Origin: Alphaproteobacteria bacterium
GTDB lineage: Bacteria; Pseudomonadota; Alphaproteobacteria; CACIAM-22H2
Direction of reading: 5' to 3'
DNA length: 40,817 nt
Assembly: GCA_947500965.1 (NCBI GenBank)
Contig: CANMWW010000001.1
Location: forward strand, 1 to 40,817
Part shown: piece after piece, positions 10,609 to 20,681 of the stretch
Layout: each line of letters opens with the position of its first letter
How positions within the stretch are numbered: the stretch's first letter is position 1
Position numbers and translations under genes: made by a program
The notes under the pieces: model-generated
What the model was told of the DNA's origin: nothing
Databases searched by the model: none
What the model saw: only the letters and a program-made list of their open reading frames with translations

Positions 10609-11526
10609 ATGCTGGAGTTCCTCGCGCGGCGCCTGCTGGTGGCGCTGCTCGTCTGCGCCACCGTCCTGACCTTCGCCTTCGCGCTCACGCGGCTGGGCGG
10701 CGACCTCGCGATCTCGATCGCGGGGCCCAACGCGACCGCGGCCGACATCGAGCAGGTGCGCGTCGCCTACGGGCTCGACCGCCCCCTGCCGCTGCAGTTC
10801 CTCGAATGGGTCGGGCGCGCAGCGACCGGCGACTTCGGGCAGTCCTACTTCTTCAAGGAGAAGGTCTCGAAGCTGATCTTCGACCGCCTGCCGATCACCT
10901 TCGCGCTCGGCCTCGTCGGGCTGTCGATCGCGCTCGCCGTCGCCCTGCCGCTGGGGATCGTGTCGGCGCTGCGCGAGGGCAGCTGGACCGACAGGGCGAT
11001 CTCGATCGTGGCGCTGCTGGGCCAGGCGATGCCGTCCTTCTGGCTCGGCCTCGTGCTGATGATCACGCTCGGGCTTCATCTCGGCTGGCTGCCGATCTCC
11101 GGCACCGGCTCGTGGGAGCATTTCGTCATGCCGGGCATCGTGCTCGCCTTCTCGGCGATCCCGGCGCTGCTGCGGCTCACGCGCAGCGGCATGATCGACG
11201 CGCTCGCCTCCGACTACATCCGCACCGCGCGCGCCAAGGGCCTGTCGCGCCGCTCGATCGTGCTCAAGCACGCCGCGCGCAACGCCGCGATGCCGGTGGT
11301 GTCGATCGCGGCGGTGCAGCTCGGCTTCATGCTCGGCGGCTCGATCGTCATCGAGACCGTCTTCGCGCTGCACGGCGTCGGCTTCCTCGCCTGGGAGTCG
11401 ATCTCGAAGAACGACTTCCCGACCGTGCAGGCGGTCGTGCTGCTGCTCGCCTGCATCTACACCCTCCTCACGCTCGGCGCCGACCTGCTCAACGCCGTGC
11501 TCGACCCGCGGCTGCGCGCGTCGTGA
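10609..11526 (+). CDS. peptide/nickel-type ABC transporter permease (DppB/OppB-like)
   Basis: MLEFLARRLLVALL... with a C-terminal region DYIRTARAKGLSRRSIVLKHAARNA typical of the BPD_transp_1 DppB family. Confidence 0.85.
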   Translation: MLEFLARRLLVALLVCATVLTFAFALTRLGGDLAISIAGPNATAADIEQVRVAYGLDRPLPLQFLEWVGRAATGDFGQSYFFKEKVSKLIFDRLPITFALGLVGLSIALAVALPLGIVSALREGSWTDRAISIVALLGQAMPSFWLGLVLMITLGLHLGWLPISGTGSWEHFVMPGIVLAFSAIPALLRLTRSGMIDALASDYIRTARAKGLSRRSIVLKHAARNAAMPVVSIAAVQLGFMLGGSIVIETVFALHGVGFLAWESISKNDFPTVQAVVLLLACIYTLLTLGADLLNAVLDPRLRAS

Positions 11527-12352
11527 AGGCGCTGCGCGACATCGGCCTCGCCAGCGGCGCGGCGATCGTCGGCGCGGCGGTGCTGGTCGCGGTCTTCGCG
11601 CCGCTGCTGGTGCCGCACGACCCCTTCGCCCAGGACCTCTCGCGCCGCCTGCTGCCGCCCTTCTGGATGGAGGGCGCGCGCGAGGGCCACCTGCTCGGCA
11701 CCGACCAGCTCGGCCGCGACTACCTCTCGCGGTTGCTCTACGGGGCGCGGATCTCGATGCTGATCGGCATCGCCACCACCGTGGCGTCGGGGCTGATCGG
11801 CATCGCGCTGGGCGTCGCGGGCGGCTTCTTCGGCGGGCGCATCGACGACGCCGTGCTCTTCGCGATCACCGCGCGGCTGTCGATCCCGCTGATCCTCGTC
11901 GCGCTCGCCGTCGTCTCGGTGGTCGGCAGCTCGCTCACGGTCGTGGTCATGACGCTGGGCCTCCTGCTCTGGGACCGCTTCGCGGTCGTCGCGCGGGTCT
12001 CGACGATGCAGGTGCGCAACCTCGACTTCGTCGCCGCGGCCTGGGCCGCAGGCTGCTCGCGCAGCCGCATCGTGCTGCGCGAGATCCTGCCGAACATCCT
12101 GAGCCCGCTGGCGGTCGTCGCCACGCTCGAGGTCGCGCTCGCGATCCTGCTCGAGGCGGCGCTCTCCTTCCTCGGCCTCGGCGTGCCGCCGCCCCTGCCC
12201 TCCTGGGGCCTGATGATCGCCGAGGGCAAGGACTACATGTTCTTCAGCCCCTGGGTGATCATGATCCCGGGCGTCGCCCTGTTCGTGCTGGTCTTCGGCA
12301 TCAACCTGCTCGGCGACGGGCTGCGCAACCTCCTGCGCACGGGGCGCGTCGC

Positions 12353-12356
<4 letters not shown>
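11523..12356 (+). CDS. peptide/nickel-type ABC transporter permease (DppC/OppC-like)
   Basis: GTGA start/stop overlap with the preceding gene. The HLLGTDQLGRDYLSRLLYGARISM motif is typical of DppC-like permeases. Confidence 0.85.
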
Positions 12357-13332
<976 letters not shown>

Positions 13333-13336
<4 letters not shown>

Positions 13337-14286
13337 GCGCCGCGCCGATCATCGACGTACGCGGCGTCCGGCGCAGCTTCCGCGTGCGCCAGGGCCTGTT
13401 CGCGGCGCCGCGCCACGTCGCGGCGATCGACGGCGTCAGCTTCTCCGTCGGCGCGGGCGAGGTGCTGGGCATCGTCGGCGAGTCGGGCTGCGGCAAGTCG
13501 ACGCTCGCGCGCGTCATCCTCGGCCTGCTGCCGCCGAGCGCGGGCGAGGTGCTGGTCGACGGCCAGCGCGTCGCGGACATGGACCGCCGCGCCCGCGCGC
13601 GGCTGATCCAGCCCGTCTTCCAGGATCCCTTCTCGTCGCTCAACCCGCGCCGGCGCGTGCGCGACGTCGTCTCCATGCCGCTCGACGCGCAGGGCGACGT
13701 GCCCGCCGCCGAGGCGCGGCGGCGCGTCGACGAGATGCTGGCGCGCGTCGGCCTCGATCCCTCGATGGGCGAGCGCTACCCGGCCGAGCTCTCCGGCGGG
13801 CAGCGCCAGCGCGTCGCCATCGCGCGCGCGCTGGTGCTCCGGCCGCGCATCGTCGTGTGCGACGAGCCGACCAGCGCCCTCGACGTGTCGGTGCAGGCGC
13901 AGATCCTCAACCTCCTCGCCGAGCTGCGCGACGCGCTGGGCCTCACCTACCTGTTCATCAGCCACAACCTCGCGGTGGTCGAGCACGTCGCGACCGAGGT
14001 GGCGGTGATGTATCTCGGGCGCATCGTCGAGCGGCGCGAGACCTCGGCGCTGTTCGGCGCGCCCGCGCATCCCTACACGAAGGCGCTGCTCGCCTCGGTG
14101 CTGACCCCCGAGCCCGGGCTCGGCATCCCCGACACCGGCCTGGGCGACGCGATGCCCGACCCCTCGAACGTCCCGCCGGGGTGCAGCTTCCATCCGCGCT
14201 GCCCCGTCGCGACCGCGCGCTGCCGGGTCGATATCCCCGCCACCGCGCGCGTCGCGGGCGGGCAGTCCGACTGCCACCTCCTCTGA
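13333..14286 (+). CDS. peptide-type ABC transporter ATP-binding protein (DppF-like)
   Basis: ATGA overlap with the preceding gene. Motifs are [43 protein letters not shown], and a C-terminal CSFHPRCP cysteine motif. Confidence 0.85.
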
Positions 14287-14308
14287 ACCTCCAAACGGGA
14301 CAACGGCC

Positions 14309-15796
14309 ATGGCGCGCATCCTCGTCGTCGAATGCATGCAGGAGATCTCCTCCTTCAACCCGGTCGAGAGCAGCTACGAGCAGTTCGTGGTCCAGCGCGG
14401 CCAGGAGGTCTTCGACCTCCAGCGCGGCAGGAACACATCGATCGGCGGCGCGCTCGAGGTGCTCGAGGCGACGCCGGGCATCGAGCTCGTGCCGGCCTAC
14501 AGCGCGCGGCCCTTCAGCGCCGGGATCCTGTCGCGGGACGGCTTCGCCAGGCTCTCGACCGAGCTCCTCGACCATGTCCGCGCGCGCGCGGCCGGCATCG
14601 ACGCGGTCTATTTCTCGATGCACGGCGCCATGGGCGCGGTGGGCGAGCTCGACCCCGAGGGCTACCTGCTCGAGCAGGTGCGCGCGATCCTCGGGCAGGA
14701 GGTCCCGGTCGTGATCTCGCTCGACCTGCACGGCATCCTCACGCAGCGCATGCTGCGCCAGGTCGACGGCGTCACGATCTACCACACCTACCCGCATGTC
14801 GACTTCGCGGACACCGGCGCGCGCGCCGCGCGGCTGCTGCTGCGCATCCTCGGCGGGGCGCGCACGACGATCGCGCGCGTGGTGGTCCCGGCGCTGGTGC
14901 GCGGCGACGAGCTGATCACGGAGACCGGGGTCTATGGCCAGGTCATCCGCCAGGCGCAGAAGCTGGAGCGCGACGGCACCGCGCTCGCCGCCGGCTTCAT
15001 GATCGGCAATCCCTTCACCGACGTGCCCGAGCTCTGCAGCCAGGCGATCGTCGTGGCCGAGGGCGACGCCGCGACCGCGCAGCGCGAGGCGATCCGCCTG
15101 GCGGAAAGCTTCTGGCCGGACCGCGCGCTGATGCAGGGAAGGCTGGTCGCGCTCGACGACGCGATCGCGCGCGCGATGACGCTCGAGGGCACGGCGATCT
15201 TCACCGACGCGGCCGATGCCACGAGCTCGGGCGCCAGCGGGGATTCCAACGCGATCCTGCGCGGGCTGCTGGATGCCGGCTATGCCGGCCGCGTGCTCGC
15301 GCCGATCGTCGATCCCGCCGCGGTCGAGGCCGCGAAGCGCGCCGGGCTGGGCGGCAGGTTCCGCGCACGCCTGGGCGGCGCCTTCGACACGCGCTTCGTG
15401 CCGCTCGAGCTCGACGTCGAGGTCGACCTGCTGTCGCGCGGCCAGGCCGCGCACGAGACCAGCGGCATGCTCAACGACGCCGGCGACATGGCGGTGCTGC
15501 TGCACGCCAACTACACGATCGTCGCGATGAGCAAGCCCGCGAACCTCTTCGACCGCTCGGTCTTCTACGCCGCCGGGCGCGATCCCAGGCGCTTCGACCT
15601 CGTGGTCGTGAAGTCCCCGCATTGCGAGAAGCACATGTTCGTCGACTGGGCCGCGCGCAACTTCAACGTCGACGCGCCGGGCGCCACCTCGGCCAACCTG
15701 CCCAGCCTCGGCCACGGGATCTGCGCGCGGCCCGTCTACCCGCTCGAGCCCGACACGCGCATCGTCCCGCGCGCGGAGACCTACGCGCGCCGCTGA
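14309..15796 (+). CDS. M81 family metallopeptidase (MlrC / microcystinase C-like), paralog 1
   Basis: 495 aa. Motifs AVYFSMHGAMGAVGELDPEGYLLEQVR, ISLDLHGILT and YHTYPHVD match the MlrC N-terminal (DUF1485) pattern. It lies 22 nt after the ABC ATPase gene. Confidence 0.75.
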   Translation: MARILVVECMQEISSFNPVESSYEQFVVQRGQEVFDLQRGRNTSIGGALEVLEATPGIELVPAYSARPFSAGILSRDGFARLSTELLDHVRARAAGIDAVYFSMHGAMGAVGELDPEGYLLEQVRAILGQEVPVVISLDLHGILTQRMLRQVDGVTIYHTYPHVDFADTGARAARLLLRILGGARTTIARVVVPALVRGDELITETGVYGQVIRQAQKLERDGTALAAGFMIGNPFTDVPELCSQAIVVAEGDAATAQREAIRLAESFWPDRALMQGRLVALDDAIARAMTLEGTAIFTDAADATSSGASGDSNAILRGLLDAGYAGRVLAPIVDPAAVEAAKRAGLGGRFRARLGGAFDTRFVPLELDVEVDLLSRGQAAHETSGMLNDAGDMAVLLHANYTIVAMSKPANLFDRSVFYAAGRDPRRFDLVVVKSPHCEKHMFVDWAARNFNVDAPGATSANLPSLGHGICARPVYPLEPDTRIVPRAETYARR

Positions 15797-15803
15797 GCCC
15801 GGC

Positions 15804-16988
15804 TCACAGGGCCTGGCCGGCGCACCAGCCGCTCGACCAGGCCCACTGGAAATTGTAGCCGCCCAGCCAGCCGGTGACGTCCACGGCCTCGCCGATCGCG
15901 TAGAGGCCCGGGACCTCGCGCGCCTCCATCGTCTTCGAGGACAGGCCGCGCGTGTCGATGCCGCCCAGCGTCACCTCGGCCTTGGCGTAGCCCTCGGAGC
16001 CGGTCGGCACGACGCGCCACGCGTCGAGCGCCTCGCCCAGCATGTCGAGGTCGCGGTCGGCGAGTTCCGCGACGGGCCGGTCGCGCAGCGCCTCCGGCGC
16101 CAGCGCCTGGGCGAGGCGTTGCGGCAGCAGCTCGCCGAGGATCGTCTTGAGCGCCGCGCGCGGGCGCTCGCGCTTGCGCGCGCGCAGCGCCGCGGCCGCG
16201 TCGAGGCCGGGCAGCAGGTCGATCGCGAGCGCGTCGCCCTCGCGCCAGCAGGACGAGACCTGGAGGATCGCGGGGCCGGACAGGCCGCGATGGGTGAAGA
16301 GCAGGTTCTCGCGGAAGACGACGCCGTTGCACGACGCCTCCACCTCGGCGGAGAGGCCGCTCAGCGCGCGCATGAAGCCGAGGTCGGCATCGGAGAAGAC
16401 GAGCGGCACCAGCGCCGGGCGCAGCGGCGTGACGGCGAGGCCGAGGCTCCGCGCGACGTCGTGCGCGAACCCCGTGGCGCCCATCTTCGGGATCGACAGG
16501 CCGCCCGTCGCCAGCACGAGCGATGGCGCGGACACCTCGCCGCCCTCGAGGGACAGGACGAAGCCGGCGTCGCGCGCGACCCCGGCGACGCGCTGGCCCA
16601 GGCGCAGCTCGACGCCCGCGTCGGCGCATTCGCGCGCCAGCATCTCGACGACCTGCCGCGCCGATCCGTCGCAGAAGAGCTGGCCCAGCGTCTTCTCGTG
16701 CCAGGCGATGCCATGGCGATCGACCAGCGCGACGAAGTCGGCCTGCGTGTAGCGCGCCAGCGCGGAGCGGCAGAAATGCGGGTTGGCCGAGAAGAAGCGC
16801 TCGGGCCTGGCGTCGAGGTTGGTGAAGTTGCAGCGCCCGCCGCCGGAGATCAGGATCTTCCGTCCCGGCTCGGGGGCATGGTCGAGCAGCAGCACGCGCC
16901 GGCCGCGCTGGCCCGCGGCCATGGCGCACATCATCCCGGCCGCGCCGGCGCCGATGATCACCGCGTCGAACTGCTCGCGCCGCCTCAT
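15804..16988 (-). CDS. HI0933/YhiN (BaiN/RdsA-type) family NAD(P)/FAD-dependent flavoprotein
   Basis: The Rossmann motif is FDAVIIGAGAAGMMCA and the HI0933 signature is ILISGGGRCNFTN. The ATG at 16988 is preferred; a GTG at 16994 is also possible. Confidence 0.8.
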   Translation of the reverse strand: MRRREQFDAVIIGAGAAGMMCAMAAGQRGRRVLLLDHAPEPGRKILISGGGRCNFTNLDARPERFFSANPHFCRSALARYTQADFVALVDRHGIAWHEKTLGQLFCDGSARQVVEMLARECADAGVELRLGQRVAGVARDAGFVLSLEGGEVSAPSLVLATGGLSIPKMGATGFAHDVARSLGLAVTPLRPALVPLVFSDADLGFMRALSGLSAEVEASCNGVVFRENLLFTHRGLSGPAILQVSSCWREGDALAIDLLPGLDAAAALRARKRERPRAALKTILGELLPQRLAQALAPEALRDRPVAELADRDLDMLGEALDAWRVVPTGSEGYAKAEVTLGGIDTRGLSSKTMEAREVPGLYAIGEAVDVTGWLGGYNFQWAWSSGWCAGQAL

Positions 16989-17000
16989 GGCCACCCGCCG

Positions 17001-17047
17001 GAAAGGAAGACGCCGCGGACCCCGTCCCGGACGGGATCCGCGGCGCC
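17001..17047 (-). terminator. intrinsic terminator candidate after the binding-protein gene
   Basis: On the minus strand a ~14-bp GC-rich stem (CGCCGCGGATCCCG / CGGGGTCCGCGGCG, one mismatch) is followed by the pyrimidine/T-rich tail TCTTCCTTTC. It begins about 20 nt after the stop at 17067. Confidence 0.5.
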
Positions 17048-17066
17048 GGGAACGACCTGCCTCAGC

Positions 17067-18584
17067 TCACTTCCACTTGCTGAGCCAGAAGCGCGGCAGC
17101 TCGTCGGGATAGGTCTTGAGCTCGAGGTTGCGCGACAGGCCGTAGGTCGTCACGTAGGTGTGCAGCGGCACCCAGTAGGCCTGCTCGGTGGCGCGCTTGA
17201 TGACGGCGCTGTAGGCCGTCTTGCGCGCCGCCGCGTCCATCGTGCTGCCCGCCTGCTCGAGCAGCCTGACGAGCTCGGGATCGCGCGAGTAGTCGTCGGC
17301 GCCGCCGCCGAAATAGACCGGCAGGATCGCCGAGACGTCGTTGATCGAGAACGAGCCCCAGCTGCCGAGGTTGGACGGGCTCTCGCCGCGCTGGTTGCGC
17401 TGCACGACCGCCTGCACCTGCAGCTGGCTCAGCTTGGCGCGGATGCCGACCGCGCCGAGGAAGCCCTGCACCGCGGCGCCCCATTGCGGCAGCACGTAGC
17501 TGACGATCTCCGTGTCGAAGCCGTTGGGATAGCCGGCCTCGGCGAGCAGCGCCTTCGCCTTCGCCGGGTCGAAGCCGTACTTCACCGCGGCGTCGCCGTC
17601 GCAGCCGAACTGCGTCGGGAAGCACGGCGCGGGCGGCACGCGCGAGCCGCCCTGGACGAGCTGCTTCGCGATCTGCTCGCGGTCGATGGCGTGGAACACC
17701 GCCTGGCGGACCTTGAGGTTCCTGAACGGGCTGCTGTCGCCGGTGCGGCCCGCGGCGTCGATGCCGAGATAGCCCACGCGCATCGATTCCTGGCGCAGTG
17801 CCTGGAGGGCCGGCATGCGCCCCACGGCCTCGAACTGGTCGGGGTTGAAGTTCCAGATGAAGTCCGTGCGACCGGCGAGCAGCTCGGTCATCTCGGTCGC
17901 CGCGTCGGGCACGAAGCGGATCTGCATCCTGCCGATCGCCGGCCTGCCACGCGGGCTGTCGGCGTAGTAGTCGGCGAAGCGCTCGAGCTCGAGGACGCTC
18001 GCCTCGACCTTGGTGAAGCGATACGGGCCCGCGCCGACCGGGGCCTTGGAATACCCCTCGGCGCCGACGCGCTCGCGATAGGCCTTCGGCCAGATCGGCA
18101 CGACGAAGGAGAAGTACTCGAAGGCCGCGGGCTGCGGCCGCTTCAGGTGCACGCGCACCTTGAAGTCGTCGATCTTCTCGGCGCGCTCGATCCAGTTGAC
18201 GTTGCTGGGCACCGACACCTTCGAATCGGGCGCGCTCACGGTGTTGAGCGTGTAGACCACGTCGTCGGCGCTGAACGGGTCGCCGTTGTGGAACTTGACG
18301 CCCCTGCGCAGCTCGAACTCGATGGTCCTGTCGTCGACGAGCTTCCACGACGTCGCCAGCAGCGGCTTCGGCTGGAACGTGTCGGGGTCGCGGTAGACGA
18401 GCCCGTCCCAGGCCTGGTGCGAGATGACCACGCCGGTGCGCAGTTGGTTGAAGTACGGGTCGACGTTGGTGACCGTGTCGCGGAACACCACGCGCAGCGT
18501 GTCGGCGGATTTCTGGGCGGCGGCAGGCTGGACGAGCAGGGCCGCGCCGAGGGCGCAGGCCATCAGGGCCGTTCTGAACTTCAT
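17067..18584 (-). CDS. ABC transporter substrate-binding protein, family 5 (peptide/nickel type)
   Basis: The Sec signal is MKFRTALMACALGAALLVQPAAAQ. The core TLRVVFRDTVTNVDPY...LATSWKLVDDRTIEFELRRGVKFHNGDPFSADDVVYTL is typical of SBP_bac_5. Confidence 0.85.
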   Translation of the reverse strand: MKFRTALMACALGAALLVQPAAAQKSADTLRVVFRDTVTNVDPYFNQLRTGVVISHQAWDGLVYRDPDTFQPKPLLATSWKLVDDRTIEFELRRGVKFHNGDPFSADDVVYTLNTVSAPDSKVSVPSNVNWIERAEKIDDFKVRVHLKRPQPAAFEYFSFVVPIWPKAYRERVGAEGYSKAPVGAGPYRFTKVEASVLELERFADYYADSPRGRPAIGRMQIRFVPDAATEMTELLAGRTDFIWNFNPDQFEAVGRMPALQALRQESMRVGYLGIDAAGRTGDSSPFRNLKVRQAVFHAIDREQIAKQLVQGGSRVPPAPCFPTQFGCDGDAAVKYGFDPAKAKALLAEAGYPNGFDTEIVSYVLPQWGAAVQGFLGAVGIRAKLSQLQVQAVVQRNQRGESPSNLGSWGSFSINDVSAILPVYFGGGADDYSRDPELVRLLEQAGSTMDAAARKTAYSAVIKRATEQAYWVPLHTYVTTYGLSRNLELKTYPDELPRFWLSKWK

Positions 18585-18703
18585 CGCTTCGTCTCCGTTC
18601 TGCGGGATTGCCCCGCGATCCTAGACCCTGCGCAGGCACGCGAACAGGCCGGGCATGCTAGGCTGCGTCCATGTCCGTGATGCCTGCCGCGAAGGAAAGC
18701 CGC

Positions 18704-20233
18704 ATGACCAGCACACGATCCGCGCCGCGCATCGCCATCGGCGGCTTCATGCTCGAATCCAATTCCCACGCCCCGGTCGCGACGCGCGCCGAGTTCGAGG
18801 CCAACGTGCTTCTGGCGGGCGACGCGCTCGCCGCCGACCTCGACGCCCCGGCGCCGCGCAGCCCTGGCACGATCACCGGCTTCGTGCGCGCCATGGACGC
18901 GAGCGGCGCGTGGACCAGGCTCCCGACGATCCTCGCCGCCGTCGGGGCGAGCGGCTCCTGCGAGCAGGTGTTCCTCGACTGGTTCGTCGAGGACCTGCTC
19001 GCGCGGCTGCGCGCCGCCATGCCGCTCGACGGCGTCTTCCTCACGCTGCACGGAGCGGCCGACGCCACGGGCGACGTCGATCCGGACGGCACGATCCTGG
19101 CGCGGGTGCGCGCGCTCGTGGGGCCGGGCGTGCCGGTCCTCGCCACGCTCGACCTCCACGCCAATCTCGGCGAGGAGATGGTGCGCAACGCGGACGTGCT
19201 CGTCGCCTACCGGACCAACCCGCATGTCGACATGCGCGCGCGCGGCGAGGATTGCGCGCGCCACCTGCGTGCGATGCTCGGCGGGCTCAGGGTCCATTCG
19301 GCGCTGGTGAAGCTGCCGCTCGCCCCGCCCTCGGTGACGCAGGGCACGACGCCCGGCTCGCCCTATGGCGACATCATCGCCTTCGGCCAGGCGCGCGTGC
19401 GCGACGGCGTCGTCGACGTCTCGGTCTGCTCCGGCTTCACCAGCGGCGACACGCCCAAGAACGGCATGTCGGTGATCGTCGCGGCGGACGACCCGGCGAA
19501 GGCACGCGTCGTCGCGCGCGAGGTGGCCGTGCATGCCTGGGCGCAGCGCGCGCGCTTCGTCCCGCGGCTCATCTCGCTCGAGGACGCGGCTTCCCGCGCG
19601 CGCGAAGCGGGCGACGACCCGGCGGCGCCCGCCCTGCTCTTCGCCGACGTCGCCGACAACCCGGGCGGCGGCGGGCGCGGCAACACGACCTGGATCCTCG
19701 AGGCCTTCCATCGCGCCGGCGTGCGCGGCTGCGCGCTCGGGCCCTTCTACGATCCGCCGCTCGCGGCGGAGGCGCATCGGCTCGGCGTCGGCGCGGAGTT
19801 CGTCGCACGCTTCAACCGCGACGAGACGCAGGAATTCTCGCGCCCCTTCTCCGCGCCCGGCCGCGTCGTCGCGCTCTGCGACGGCAGCGTCGTCGGGCGG
19901 CGGGGGATCGGCGCTGGCCGCATGCTGCGCCTTGGGCCCGCGGCGCTCGTCGAGGTCGGCGGCACCCGCGTCGTGGTCGGCACGATCCGCCAGCAGGCCT
20001 CGGATCCCGGCTATTTCGAGATGCTGGGCGTGAGGCTGGGCGCCCTGCGCTCGCTCGTCGTCAAGTCGCGCGGGCATTTCCGCGCCGCCTTCGACGAGGA
20101 CTTCCCCGACGACCGCATCCTCGAGGTCGACGTGCCCGGCCTGACGACGCCGGTGCTCGCGCGCGTGCCCTGGCGCCGGATCCCGCGCCCCATCTACCCG
20201 CTCGACCCCGACACGACCTGGTCGCCGGGCTGA
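18704..20233 (+). CDS. M81 family metallopeptidase (MlrC-like), paralog 2
   Basis: Motifs are PRIAIGGFMLESNSHAP, GVFLTLHGAADATGDVDPDGTILARVR, ATLDLHANL and YRTNPHVD. The ATG at 18704 is preceded by GAAGGAAAG; an ATG at 18671 is also in frame. Confidence 0.8.
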   Translation: MTSTRSAPRIAIGGFMLESNSHAPVATRAEFEANVLLAGDALAADLDAPAPRSPGTITGFVRAMDASGAWTRLPTILAAVGASGSCEQVFLDWFVEDLLARLRAAMPLDGVFLTLHGAADATGDVDPDGTILARVRALVGPGVPVLATLDLHANLGEEMVRNADVLVAYRTNPHVDMRARGEDCARHLRAMLGGLRVHSALVKLPLAPPSVTQGTTPGSPYGDIIAFGQARVRDGVVDVSVCSGFTSGDTPKNGMSVIVAADDPAKARVVAREVAVHAWAQRARFVPRLISLEDAASRAREAGDDPAAPALLFADVADNPGGGGRGNTTWILEAFHRAGVRGCALGPFYDPPLAAEAHRLGVGAEFVARFNRDETQEFSRPFSAPGRVVALCDGSVVGRRGIGAGRMLRLGPAALVEVGGTRVVVGTIRQQASDPGYFEMLGVRLGALRSLVVKSRGHFRAAFDEDFPDDRILEVDVPGLTTPVLARVPWRRIPRPIYPLDPDTTWSPG

Positions 20234-20269
20234 GCCGCACCCACGCGCGGGCGTCGGACGACGCCAGTT

Positions 20270-20349
20270 CCCCTCCCGTCCGCGCAACGCGCGGATGGGA
20301 GGGGTGGCGCCGCGCGAATGCGCGGCGACGGGGAGGGCACCCGATCCGG
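20270..20349 (+). repeat. REP/BIME-like structured intergenic repeat, copy 1 (forward)
   Basis: This is an 80-nt unit with two hairpins. The first is CCCCTCCCGTCCGCGC-aac-GCGCGGATGGGAGGGG. The second is CGCCGCGC-gaat-GCGCGGCG, followed by GGGGAGGG. It matches copy 3 at 74 of 80 positions. Confidence 0.75.
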
Positions 20350-20394
20350 CTGCCCCAAGGCGCGCATCGACGGATCGTGACGACAAGGTCGCTT

Positions 20395-20463
20395 GCCCCC
20401 TCCGTCGCGCGCCTGGCGGCGCGCGCCACCTCCCCCAGCCGCGCGATGCGCGGCCGGGGGAGG
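20395..20463 (-). repeat. REP/BIME-like structured intergenic repeat, copy 2 (inverted, diverged)
   Basis: GCCCCCTCCGTCGCGCGCC-tggc-GGCGCGCGCCACCTCCCCCAGCCGCGC-gat-GCGCGGCCGGGGGAGG. It has the same box-hairpin-box-hairpin-box architecture as the reverse complement of copies 1 and 3. Confidence 0.6.
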
Positions 20464-20520
20464 AGCCTGTCATTCACCGGCTCTGCCCCGCGCTTGCCTT
20501 TCCAGGCCAGCTCCCCGGCT

Positions 20521-20600
20521 CCCCTCCCGTCCGCGCGGCGCGCGGATGGGAGGGGTGGCGCCGCGCGACAGCGCGGCGACGGGGAGGGCATCCGTTCCGG
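20521..20600 (+). repeat. REP/BIME-like structured intergenic repeat, copy 3 (forward)
   Basis: It is 80 nt long and matches copy 1 at 74 of 80 positions. Four of the six differences fall in the two hairpin loops (aa->gg, at->ca). Confidence 0.75.
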
Positions 20601-20622
20601 TAGCCGCCTCAGCGCCGGCCCA

Positions 20623-20674
20623 TTGACTCCCGCCCGCCGCGCGTCATATCGATAACGAACATTCATTATCGATA
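20623..20674 (+). promoter_or_regulatory. tetR-operon promoter candidate with a perfect 9-bp inverted-repeat operator
   Basis: TTGACT (20623-20628) is followed by a ~17-nt spacer and then an unusually AT-rich stretch. TATCGATAA (20647-20655) and TTATCGATA (20666-20674) form a perfect inverted repeat separated by 10 nt. It ends 7 nt before the tetR ATG. Confidence 0.5.
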
Positions 20675-20681
20675 GGCTCCC

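Noticed and set aside
18627-18636. A perfect 10-bp palindrome CCTGCGCAGG in the divergent SBP/mlrC2 promoter region.
   Set aside because: Short GC palindromes are frequent in DNA of this composition, and there is no second half-site or other supporting context.
20270-20600. Possibility that the three repeats form a CRISPR array.
   Set aside because: There are only three copies, one is in inverted orientation, the units are 70-80 nt with internal double hairpins, the spacing is irregular, and no cas genes are nearby.
20295-20603. A 102-aa ORF (and overlapping ORFs) in the repeat-filled intergenic region, containing the repeated peptide GWEGWRRA-ARRRGGHP.
   Set aside because: The peptide repeat merely mirrors the duplicated 80-nt DNA element. 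A third copy is inverted, there is no RBS, and the hairpin-preserving substitution pattern points to a nucleic-acid-level element rather than coding sequence.
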